DNA of 23,176 nt from Candidatus Methylomirabilia bacterium (GCA_041492755.1 JBGPXN010000066.1:1-23176), one strand, 5' to 3'; positions 11,252 to 19,201 are shown, counted from the stretch's first letter. A program made the numbers and translations. Notes: generated by a model from the sequence alone, not told the origin.

Positions 11252-12454
11252 TCAACCTCCCAGCGCCTGGAGCGGATCGACCGCGAGCGCGCGCCGGATG
11301 CCGAGCAGGCTGGCGAGGACGCAGATGCCCCCCACGATGGCCATCAGGACCAGTTGGTCACTCGGGAACAACACGACGCGACGAGGGAAGCGATCGTAGA
11401 GCAGGTGGATGAGAACCGACCCCACCACGAACGCGATGGTCCCGAGGGCCAGCGACTGCTGCATGATCAGCTTCACGACGACGAACCCGGGTGCCCCGAT
11501 CAACTTGAGCGTCGCGATCTCCCGGAGCTTGTCGATGGTGAGCGTGTAGATGATCAGGGCCACGATGACGGTGGAGACGACGAGCAGGATGACCATGAAG
11601 AGCCGGATCTGGCGCCGCACTTTCTCGATGACGATCTCCCTCAGGATTTCCTCTTGCTCCGTGGTGGTGAGCACCGTGTGATGCTTCCAGGCGGTGATGC
11701 GCCGCGCCACCTCGCCCGGGTCGGCGCCAGGCTCGAGACGGACGGCGATGGCATTGGCGACATGGGTGCTCTGGGTCATGACCTCGATGGCTGCTGTCAC
11801 CCGGGGGGCGACGGCCGGGGCTGCCCGCGTGACTCCACGAAGCGAGGTCTCGATCCGCTCGCGGTCATTGCGGATCGCCTCCGGGCTCTTTTTGAACTGC
11901 AGTTCCTGGGCGTCCACGAGGGAGAGGAAGAGCGCCGGATCGCCGCCCGAGGAGACCGCCTCGCGAGTCAGTCCAACGACGGTGTAGCGATTCCGCCCGA
12001 GCTCGAAGACCTCGCCGATCTGCAGACCCGCGCTCTGATCGGCCACGGCCTCGTAGCGCTTCTGCCCGATCGCGCGCCCCGCGACGAGCCGGCCGTGCCC
12101 TCCCGGCGCCCTCGGTCGGTGGCCCACCACGTAGAGTCGGAGCGTTACACCCGCGCGTTGGACCTGCGCGTTCTGGTAGGACACCGGCGCCGCCTCCTGT
12201 ACGCCGGGGATGACCGCCAGGCTGCGATAGAGATCCTCGGGGATGCGGGAGCTTTCCGCGAAAGGACCGCGGGTGTCCTTCTGGACCACCCACAGATCCG
12301 CCTCCGCCGCGTTCAGAATCGCGGTGGCTTCGACGACGAAGCCGCGGTAGATCCCCGCCATGGCCATGACGACGCCGATGAGCAGACCCAGGCCGACGCC
12401 GGTCAGCAGGAACCGGCCCAGGTTGTAGCGGATGTCCCGAATGGCCAGGTTCAT
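11252..12454 (-). CDS. ABC transporter permease (FtsX/MacB-like)
   Basis: MNLAIRDIR N-terminus with one TM helix, large periplasmic domain, KLREIATLKLIGA plus three TM helices, ends RRALAVDP. Confidence 0.93.
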   Translation of the reverse strand: MNLAIRDIRYNLGRFLLTGVGLGLLIGVVMAMAGIYRGFVVEATAILNAAEADLWVVQKDTRGPFAESSRIPEDLYRSLAVIPGVQEAAPVSYQNAQVQRAGVTLRLYVVGHRPRAPGGHGRLVAGRAIGQKRYEAVADQSAGLQIGEVFELGRNRYTVVGLTREAVSSGGDPALFLSLVDAQELQFKKSPEAIRNDRERIETSLRGVTRAAPAVAPRVTAAIEVMTQSTHVANAIAVRLEPGADPGEVARRITAWKHHTVLTTTEQEEILREIVIEKVRRQIRLFMVILLVVSTVIVALIIYTLTIDKLREIATLKLIGAPGFVVVKLIMQQSLALGTIAFVVGSVLIHLLYDRFPRRVVLFPSDQLVLMAIVGGICVLASLLGIRRALAVDPLQALGG

Positions 12455-13707
12455 CGGATCTCGGGCTCCGCGGCGCGGACCCGCTGGCCGTCCTTCAAGG
12501 CGGATGGATACGGGCGGGGGCCGACCACGACCCGCTGCCCGTCGCCGATCCCCGAGACGAGCTCAACGGCACCACTCTTGGGATCTCGGGCAGCGATGGT
12601 GATCGACTGGCGGCGGGCGCGACCATCCTCCAGCACGAATACCGCGGTTTGCTGCCGCTCGCGGTGGACGAGCGCCGTCGCCGGCACGATCATGGCGTGC
12701 GTCACCGCCCGCGTGATGATCGTGGCATCGGCCTGCTCGCCGACGCGCAGGCGGGGTGGGGCCTCCACGAGCCGAATCTCCACGGCGAGCTCCTCGGCGA
12801 CCCGGTCACTCTCCTCCCGGATCCGAACGACCTCGCCGCGGAACGTCCGTCCCGGCCTACTCCGGAGGGTGACATTCGCGGATTGCCCGAGGCGCACCGT
12901 TCCCAGGAGACTCTCGTCGAGGTTGATCCGGACCCAGACGGTCGACGGATCGATGATCTTGAAGGCCGGGACACCGGGCACGATCACGGTCCCTGGCTCG
13001 ACCTCGCGCGAGAGGACGAGGCCGGAGAACGGCGCGACGATCGAGGCGTCCCGCAGTCGCGCTTCGGTCGCGCCAAGCGCCGCGCCGGTGGCGGCGACCT
13101 CGCGTTCAGCCATGCTCACCGCCACTTCGCGACTGTGGACCTCGGCCTCGAGCGCGGCGATCTCGGCGCGCGCGTTGAGCACGTCAGCCTCCGCCGCTCG
13201 CAGCTCCGTGGAACGGACGTCCAGGTCCTGACGCGCGACGAGCTCGCGGTCGTGCAGCCGCTTGAAGCGATCGAGCGTGACCCGAGCCAGCTCGGCGTTG
13301 GCGACGGTCTTCGCCACCGTCGCCTGCCGGGCCGCAAGGCCGGCGCGCGCACGCGCGAGATTCGCTTCCGCGAAGCGAACGGACTCGAGGGCTTTCTGCC
13401 GGGTGAAGGCGGCCTGGTCTCGCTGCTGGCGGAGATCGTCATTCTCGAGCACCGCGAGCAGCTCGCCTTGCTCGACGACGTCGCCCTGGTCGTGCAGGAG
13501 CTTCACAACCCGCCCGGTGATCTTGCTCCCGACCTCAACGTACACGCGAGCCTCGACCGTCCCGGTGCCGAAGGCCTGAGCTCGGAACTCGGCCGGGGCC
13601 ACGGAAACCGTCTCGACCGCCGCGACGGAGAGAACACGCAGCCACGCGACCGCCACCGCGACCAGCACGGCCGCGGCGACCGCCACCGCAATCACACGTC
13701 TCGTCAT
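12451..13707 (-). CDS. HlyD/MacA-type periplasmic adaptor subunit
   Basis: GTGTVEAR...VGSKITGRV, long coiled coil, IVAPFSGLV; GGAGG RBS; ATGA overlap with the permease start. Confidence 0.92.
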   Translation of the reverse strand: MTRRVIAVAVAAAVLVAVAVAWLRVLSVAAVETVSVAPAEFRAQAFGTGTVEARVYVEVGSKITGRVVKLLHDQGDVVEQGELLAVLENDDLRQQRDQAAFTRQKALESVRFAEANLARARAGLAARQATVAKTVANAELARVTLDRFKRLHDRELVARQDLDVRSTELRAAEADVLNARAEIAALEAEVHSREVAVSMAEREVAATGAALGATEARLRDASIVAPFSGLVLSREVEPGTVIVPGVPAFKIIDPSTVWVRINLDESLLGTVRLGQSANVTLRSRPGRTFRGEVVRIREESDRVAEELAVEIRLVEAPPRLRVGEQADATIITRAVTHAMIVPATALVHRERQQTAVFVLEDGRARRQSITIAARDPKSGAVELVSGIGDGQRVVVGPRPYPSALKDGQRVRAAEPEIR

Positions 13708-13768
13708 CGTGGTGTACCTCCAATCCGATCGTTCATTGCGCTGTCTCCCGTGACCGAGATTCAGTTGA

Positions 13769-13802
13769 CGCCAGGAGGCAGGCGCTGTCTGTCACAAATG
13801 TT
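13769..13802. repeat. 34-bp direct repeat, copy 1 (candidate promoter/operator)
   Basis: CGCCAGGAGGCAGGCGCTGTCTGTCACAAATGTT; 32/34 identical to 14047-14080. Confidence 0.9.
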
Positions 13803-13820
13803 CCAAGCCGCCGCAGCGAC

Positions 13821-13848
13821 GGCCCACCCGGAATGAGCCGGGTGGGCC
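13821..13848. repeat. Perfect 11-bp inverted repeat
   Basis: GGCCCACCCGG-AATGAG-CCGGGTGGGCC. Confidence 0.85.
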
Positions 13849-13933
13849 CCCATCAGTGCGACCAGCTTGCGATGATCGGCTTCGAGCTCGGCGGTTCGCC
13901 CGGGCTGGACGTGAAAGATGACGAGAGTGTGAA

Positions 13934-14014
13934 TCATCGGGGTGTTCTCCTCTGCTGGCCAGCGCCACATCCGCAGCCGCATTCGCGGACGTGGGCTGTC
14001 ATCTGGTCGCTCAT
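13934..14014 (-). CDS. Putative 26-aa Cys-rich peptide MSDQMTAHVRECGCGCGAGQQRRTPR
   Basis: Translated by hand; its TGA overlaps the ATG of the ABM-like ORF (ATGA); RBS weak; below the ORF-track size cutoff. Confidence 0.4.
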   Translation of the reverse strand: MSDQMTAHVRECGCGCGAGQQRRTPR

Positions 14015-14046
14015 GGCATGCCACTTCACTTCGCTCTGATGACTAT

Positions 14047-14080
14047 CGCCAGGAGGTCGGCGCTGTCTGTCACAAATGTT
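14047..14080. repeat. 34-bp direct repeat, copy 2 (candidate promoter/operator)
   Basis: CGCCAGGAGGTCGGCGCTGTCTGTCACAAATGTT; 32/34 identical to 13769-13802. Confidence 0.9.
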
Positions 14081-14200
14081 TCCAGCGGCATTGGCACCGC
14101 CCACCGAGGACACCCGGGGTCGGGATACTGCGATCGACCTGTCGTTACTGACGGAGTTCGCTAGGCGCGGAGCGATGGAGAAGCGGCGGCGATGGTTGCG

Positions 14201-14962
14201 CTACTGCCGGCGACCGGTGGACGGGGATGTGCCGCGAGGGCCTCGCGTCGCAACGTCGGCTGCGTCCAGAAACGCTTCGAGAACCTTCATGTCAGTGATC
14301 CGAATGGCTGTCCGATCGAGGGTGATGGCGCCCATGCTGGCCAGGGCCTTGAGGCTCCTCGACACGTGGCCGCGAACCGCGCCGACCATCGCGGCGATCT
14401 GCTCCTCGCGGAGGCCGTCCCGGCGAAGCCGGACCTCCTTGCCGTGGTGCCCGCCTTCGGCGCGCGCGCGCTCCCACAGCAACTTCGCCACTCGGGCGGT
14501 TGCCGTCTTCAGCGAGAGATCCTCGGCCAGGCCGACCAGGCTCCGCATCTGGTCACTCGCGGCCGTCACGAGCGCGAGTGCGAGCGCGGGCTGTTCCATG
14601 ACCACCCGCTTCATCGTCTCGATGTCGACGACGTACAGGGTGGCTTCGCTCATCGCCTCCGCCGTCACGATGTGGGAGCCCGTGCTGAAGGCCGAGGTGG
14701 TGCAGAAGATGTCGCCGGGATGTTCGAAAACCTTGAGGATCTGCTCTCGCCCCTCGGGGCTGGCGCGATAGCACTTCACCCGGCCAGCGGCAAGGATGTA
14801 GAGGTGACGGCACGGGTCGCCTTCGGCGAAGACGCTCTGCGCGGGTCGTAGCGACATCGGTCGACACCGAGCAGCGAGCGTTCCGATGGTCGCGGCGTCC
14901 ACACCCTTGAACGAGGGAAGGCCGGTCAGGAACCCGATCACGGCCTGAAGGAGCTGCGTCAT
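14201..14962 (-). CDS. Crp/Fnr-family transcriptional regulator
   Basis: VFAEGDP..HLYILAAGRVK...SPEGREQIL...PGDIF effector domain; ARVAKLL; HTH EEQIAAMVGAVRGHVSRSLKAL; ATG 14962 overlaps the upstream stop. Confidence 0.92.
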   Translation of the reverse strand: MTQLLQAVIGFLTGLPSFKGVDAATIGTLAARCRPMSLRPAQSVFAEGDPCRHLYILAAGRVKCYRASPEGREQILKVFEHPGDIFCTTSAFSTGSHIVTAEAMSEATLYVVDIETMKRVVMEQPALALALVTAASDQMRSLVGLAEDLSLKTATARVAKLLWERARAEGGHHGKEVRLRRDGLREEQIAAMVGAVRGHVSRSLKALASMGAITLDRTAIRITDMKVLEAFLDAADVATRGPRGTSPSTGRRQ

Positions 14963-15390
14963 TCGCGGCTGGCCCTGGCCGCCTGGTCCGACACGATCGT
15001 CTTCAGCGAATCCTGCTCCAGCGTGAGCACGTGCTTGGCCACGACCCGGTAGGTCCACTGGCCGGGCGCGGTCTCGCGGTTGAACTGTTCGTCGGTGAGC
15101 CCGATGAGTGAGCCGATGAACCGCGCGCGCTCGGCCAGCCACTCTGCCAGGAGACGTTGCATCGGCGAGGCGGTGATCCGGGATTCATAGCGGCCTTCCA
15201 GGATTTGTCCGGTGTGGATCTTCTCGTGATCGATATCGTTCGTGATGAGGGTCCAGACGTCCTTGCCCTGCGCACACGCGTGCGAGGACGGCATCGCGAG
15301 CTCGCGGTCCGACGCCTCGAGCAGGGCGTCCATGGTGGCGGCCGTCTGGGCCATCAGCTCGCGGATCGCCTCACGGACGGTGGCTGCCAT
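14959..15390 (-). CDS. DinB-superfamily protein with apparently permuted motif order
   Basis: HEKIHTGQI precedes GLTDEQFN...PGQWTYRVVAKH; AGGAGG RBS before ATG 15390. Confidence 0.75.
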   Translation of the reverse strand: MAATVREAIRELMAQTAATMDALLEASDRELAMPSSHACAQGKDVWTLITNDIDHEKIHTGQILEGRYESRITASPMQRLLAEWLAERARFIGSLIGLTDEQFNRETAPGQWTYRVVAKHVLTLEQDSLKTIVSDQAARASRE

Positions 15391-15428
15391 GGGGGCCTCC
15401 TGTCGATGGCGTCGAGACGCCGACTGAG

Positions 15429-17153
15429 TCACCGCTTTCCGGGAACGAAGAACGGCGCGGTCCCCGCCTCATGATCCGTGACGTCGATCACCGCGACCAC
15501 CTCGGGGACGTGCTTTCGCAGCAGTCGCTCGATGCCCTGCCGGACGGTCACTTCCGCCATGCTGCACCCCTGACACCCGCCGTCGAGGCGAATGCGGACG
15601 TGACCGTCGGTGGCGTCGACGAGCGTCACGTGCCCTCGATGAGCGGTGACGGCGGGGTTGATGTGCTCGTCGAGCACCCGGCGGACGCGCGCAGCGAGGT
15701 CATCGTCTTCGGCAATACGCGCCGGCGCGTCCGCGGCCCAGCGCACCTGGACTGCTGACACCTCCGGTACGGCGGAGCGCACGACTGCTTCGATACGCGC
15801 GAGCATCGGCTCGGTCGCGCCCGGCGAGCCGCTCGCTTCCAGGGTCACGAGGCCGCGGTCCACCGAAATGACACGCACCGAGCCTCCACGCGCGATGATG
15901 ATCGGCGCCACGCTGCGTTCGATGACGGCAGTCACCGCCGCGGTCGTGTCCGATCCAACGGCCGCCGGGGGGCTCGGGGCAGGAGGCGTGCTGGCAGGTC
16001 TGCCGGCGCGGGGCACGGTGCTCAGAGCCGCCTCCAGATCGGCGATCAGGTCCTCGGGTGCCTCCAACCCGATCGACAGCCGGAGCAGATCCTCGGGCAC
16101 CGGCGACGAGGCGCCCTCGGTGGTCCGGCGGTGCTCGATGAGGCTCTCGACACCTCCGAGCGAGGTGGCCCGCTTGAAGACCGTCACACCGGCGAGGACG
16201 GCCAGGGCAGCCTTCTCACCGCCCGCGACGCGGATCGAGAGCATCCCGCCGAATCCGCCGGCCATCTGTCGGGCCGCGATGTCGTGACCCGGATGCGACG
16301 GCAGCCCGGGGTAGAGAACTCGCGCGAGCGCGGGGTGGTCCTCGAAGTGTCGGCTGACGATGAGCGCCGTCTCGGACGAGCGGCGAACGCGAACGAACAG
16401 CGTTCGCATCCCCCGCTGAAGGAGCCACGCCTCGAACGGTCCGGCGACGCATCCGGCGTTGCGACGCCAGGAGCGGATCCGTTCCCAGAACGGATCGCGC
16501 CGCGCGGTGACGATCGCGCCGGCCAGGACGTCGCTGTGGCCGTTCAGGTATTTGGTCGCGGAGTGGATCACGAGATCGGCGCCGAGCTCGAGCGGGCGCG
16601 TGAGCACCGGGGTCGCGATGGTGTTGTCGACGGCGACTCGCACGTCGGCCGCATGGGCGATCTCGATGACGGCGGGCAGGTCGATGACGTCCCACGTCGG
16701 ATTCGCGGGTGTCTCGAGCCACACCAACCGAGTCCGCCCCGGGCGGATGGCGGCCCTGACGGCGGCGAGGTCGGCGGTGTCGACGAACTCGACGTCCAGT
16801 CCCCAGGCGATGCCGAATTCGGCTAACCACTTCCGCACCCCCCAGTAAAGGATGCGGGACACGACGACGTGATCGCCGGGCACCAGTGACTGGAAGACCG
16901 CGGTCGCCGCGGCGCTGCCCGAGGCGAAGAGCATGCCGGCGGCGCCTCCCTCGAGCGCGGTGAGCAAGCGCTCGGCATGGTCATAGGTCGGGTTGTCCGC
17001 ACGCGTGTACGCGCGGCCCCCGCGAGAGCTTCCGTCGGGGTTCGCCTCGTAGATCGTGGATGGATAGATCGGAGGAACGAGCGCGCCGGATGCCTCGTCA
17101 GCGTTCCCGAGCGCCTGGGCCGCGAGTGTTTCGGGTGAGAGCTTCTCCGTCAT
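15429..17153 (-). CDS. Cys/Met-metabolism PLP enzyme (cystathionine gamma-synthase/lyase family) fused to two C-terminal NifU/NfuA-like domains (574 aa)
   Basis: YTRADNPT, ETPANP, DNTIATP, HSATKYLNGHSD, ATSLGGVESL, LLRLSIGLE; Pro-rich linker; INPAVTAHRG...GGCQGCSMA..TVRQGIE...DVTDH..G..PFF. ATG 17153 with AGGAGGG RBS. Confidence 0.9.
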   Translation of the reverse strand: MTEKLSPETLAAQALGNADEASGALVPPIYPSTIYEANPDGSSRGGRAYTRADNPTYDHAERLLTALEGGAAGMLFASGSAAATAVFQSLVPGDHVVVSRILYWGVRKWLAEFGIAWGLDVEFVDTADLAAVRAAIRPGRTRLVWLETPANPTWDVIDLPAVIEIAHAADVRVAVDNTIATPVLTRPLELGADLVIHSATKYLNGHSDVLAGAIVTARRDPFWERIRSWRRNAGCVAGPFEAWLLQRGMRTLFVRVRRSSETALIVSRHFEDHPALARVLYPGLPSHPGHDIAARQMAGGFGGMLSIRVAGGEKAALAVLAGVTVFKRATSLGGVESLIEHRRTTEGASSPVPEDLLRLSIGLEAPEDLIADLEAALSTVPRAGRPASTPPAPSPPAAVGSDTTAAVTAVIERSVAPIIIARGGSVRVISVDRGLVTLEASGSPGATEPMLARIEAVVRSAVPEVSAVQVRWAADAPARIAEDDDLAARVRRVLDEHINPAVTAHRGHVTLVDATDGHVRIRLDGGCQGCSMAEVTVRQGIERLLRKHVPEVVAVIDVTDHEAGTAPFFVPGKR

Positions 17154-18376
17154 GTGCGTCGTCCCTCCTCTTTCATCACCCAGGCGACGACGATGCCCGA
17201 GGCGAGCGTCACTGCCGCCACGAGGTGGATGGCGGCCTCGAAGCCGAGCACATCCGCCACGACGCCGGACACGAGCGCGCCCACCGCATAGCCGAGGTCC
17301 CGCCAGAACCGGTAGACGCCGAGGCTGGAGGCGCGCCAGCTCGGGTGCGCGTGGTCGGTGATGGCGGCAAGCAACGTCGGGTACACCATCGCGGTGCCGA
17401 GGCCCTGGAGGACGGCGCCCATCAGCCAGGCGCCGTAGTCCGGAACGAGAACCGTCAGCCAGATCCCGCCCGCCTGCACGATCATGCCCCATGCAATGAG
17501 ACCCTTGCGCCCGAGGCGATCCGAGAGGAGCCCGGTGGCGATTTGCAGCATGCCCCACACCGCCGGATACACGGCCTTCACCACGCCGATGCGAGCGACG
17601 TCCAGGCCGTGCGCGGCGAAGAAGAGGGGGTAAATCCCCCACGACATCCCGTCGTTGAGGTTGTTCACGAGACCCGCCTGGCAGGCCGCGAACAGGCTGG
17701 CGTTGCCGAGACTGGTAACCCAGAAGATGCGCCCGAGGCGTGGCACATCGGCCGGCGTCGCCACCGCCGCCGCCTCCAGGCGGGCATGGCCGCGCGTCTC
17801 CCGCACCAGAAAGATCGACCCGAGAAGCCCGACGACGGCGATGCCGATCCCGAGGTAGAACGGCTCCGGCCGCAGCCCTGAGCGCGCCGCGATGTACCCC
17901 GTCACCCACGACGTGACGCCCACCGCGAAGTAGCCGGCGAACTCGTTCAACCCGAGCGCCAGCCCCCGGCGCTTCGGACCGACGAGGTCGATCTTCATGA
18001 TCACCGTCATCGACCACGCGAGCGCCTGGTTGGCGCCGAGCAGGACGTTGGCGAGATCGATCCACCACCACGCCGGCGCCGCGATGATCAGGAACGGCAC
18101 CGGCAGCGCCAGCACCCAGCCGGCCACGAGGATCGGCTTGCGGCCGATGCGGTCGGACAGCCGGGCGGCGACGAGGTTCAGCACCGCCTTCGTCACCCCG
18201 AAGCTGACGATGAACGACGTGATGGCGGTCTTCGACGTCAGGCCGAATTCCTGCTCACCCAGGAGTGGCAGGACGGTGCGCTCGAGGCCGACCATCGCGC
18301 CCACGAAGGCGTTCAGGCCGACCAGCAGCGAGAACTGCCCCCGGTTGGCGCGCAGCCCGAGCTGCGGCGGCCTCAC
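17150..18376 (-). CDS. MFS transporter
   Basis: NAFVGAMVGLERTVLP, LSDRIGRK, MKIDLVGPKRRGLALGLNEFAGY, GVYRFWRDLGY; GTGA overlap with the MBL gene stop. Confidence 0.93.
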   Translation of the reverse strand: MRPPQLGLRANRGQFSLLVGLNAFVGAMVGLERTVLPLLGEQEFGLTSKTAITSFIVSFGVTKAVLNLVAARLSDRIGRKPILVAGWVLALPVPFLIIAAPAWWWIDLANVLLGANQALAWSMTVIMKIDLVGPKRRGLALGLNEFAGYFAVGVTSWVTGYIAARSGLRPEPFYLGIGIAVVGLLGSIFLVRETRGHARLEAAAVATPADVPRLGRIFWVTSLGNASLFAACQAGLVNNLNDGMSWGIYPLFFAAHGLDVARIGVVKAVYPAVWGMLQIATGLLSDRLGRKGLIAWGMIVQAGGIWLTVLVPDYGAWLMGAVLQGLGTAMVYPTLLAAITDHAHPSWRASSLGVYRFWRDLGYAVGALVSGVVADVLGFEAAIHLVAAVTLASGIVVAWVMKEEGRRT

Positions 18377-19110
18377 TCCCCGGCCAGATTACGGCGGCGG
18401 TTCTCCGCGAAGCTGGCTGGCTGGGGCGGGAGATCCGCCAGCACGAAGTCGACGAACTGGTCTCTGGCGCGAAGCTGCAGCGCCGGATTGAATCGACGCT
18501 CGAAGCCGATCGTCGAACCCGGCTTGCCGCTGAGCCCCTTGCCGCAGGCTGCCCCGCCGAAGTGGGCGGGGAAGATCTCCAGATGGTCGGGAAGCGCGAG
18601 CAGCCGGCCCCAGAGGCTGTCGTAGAGGTGCTCGGCGAGCCCGCGCTCCTGGCCGGCTCCGAGAAGGTCGGGTCGCCCCACGCCGCCGGAGAACAGCGTA
18701 TCGCCCGTCAGCACGAACCACGGCTCGGACGCTCGAGTGCGGTCGGTGACGAGGAGCGACACGCTGTCCGGGGTGTGGCCCGGTGTATGAACGACTTCGA
18801 CGCGGACGTTCCCCAGCTCATGCACCTCGCCGTCGTCCAGCGCGTCGTGGCGGAAGGTGACCGGCGCCGCCCCGTGGTAGAAGACCGGGGCGCCGGTGGC
18901 TGCCGACAGGCGGCGGGCACCCGACAGGTGGTCCGCCTGCACGTGCGTCTCGAAGATGTGGGTGATGCGCATGGACTTCTGCGCGGCGGCGTCGAGGTAG
19001 GGGGCGATGTCAGGCTGTGGATCCACCACAGCGCACGCAGCGGCGCCGCTTCAGCCGAACACGTAACTGGCGCAGCCGGTTGCGGGCGACAGGAAGTGGC
19101 GGAAGATCAT
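18373..19110 (-). CDS. Persulfide dioxygenase (CstB/ETHE1-like) MBL-fold protein, probable selenoprotein with Sec at codon 20 (245 aa)
   Basis: GGAGG RBS then ATG 19110; MIFRHFLSPATGCASYVFG-TGA(19053-19051)-SGAAACAVVDP continues in frame into THVQADH, HTPGHT, TGDTLF, GRPDL, PAHFGGAACG and STIGFERRFN. Confidence 0.85.
19014..19032 (-). promoter_or_regulatory. Candidate bacterial SECIS hairpin
   Basis: mRNA GCUGUGG-UGGAU-CCACAGC: perfect 7-bp stem starting 19 nt after UGA, loop at +26 to +30 with G at loop position 2. Confidence 0.65.
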
Positions 19111-19201
19111 GGCGTACCTCCGTGGCGAGAACGCTCGCCGATGGCCTTGTCTTATCCCTCCAAGCCGTATAGGGTCCAATCCGTTGTTTCGAAGGAATCC
19201 A

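Larger units (their letters stand above)
13761..13937 (-). pseudogene. Truncated antibiotic-biosynthesis-monooxygenase (ABM, dimeric alpha/beta barrel)-like ORF
   Basis: GAGGAG RBS; MIHTLVIFHVQPGRTAELEA...LMGAHP fits the ABM N-terminal pattern. Similarity ends near 13840 and the frame runs on into the duplicated element. Confidence 0.6.

Noticed and set aside
11219..13231. 670-aa plus-strand ORF
   Set aside because: Antisense shadow of the ABC permease and adaptor genes; no recognisable motifs; typical of high-GC DNA.
13769..14080. CRISPR mini-array or IS ends
   Set aside because: Only two copies, 244-bp gap, direct orientation, and no cas or transposase gene.
14963..15142. N-terminal extension of the Crp/Fnr ORF
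   Set aside because: Overlaps the DinB gene; ATGA coupling supports start 14962.
17154..18071. N-terminal extension making the PLP enzyme 880 aa
   Set aside because: Off-frame overlap with the MFS gene; the real start is ATG 17153 with an RBS.
19051..19053. TGA as evidence of genome-wide recoding (Trp/Gly) or a simple nonsense pseudogene
   Set aside because: TGA is the normal stop of most genes here and Trp is TGG. A nonsense mutation is not excluded but is less likely given the Cys-equivalent position, the hairpin and intact motifs.
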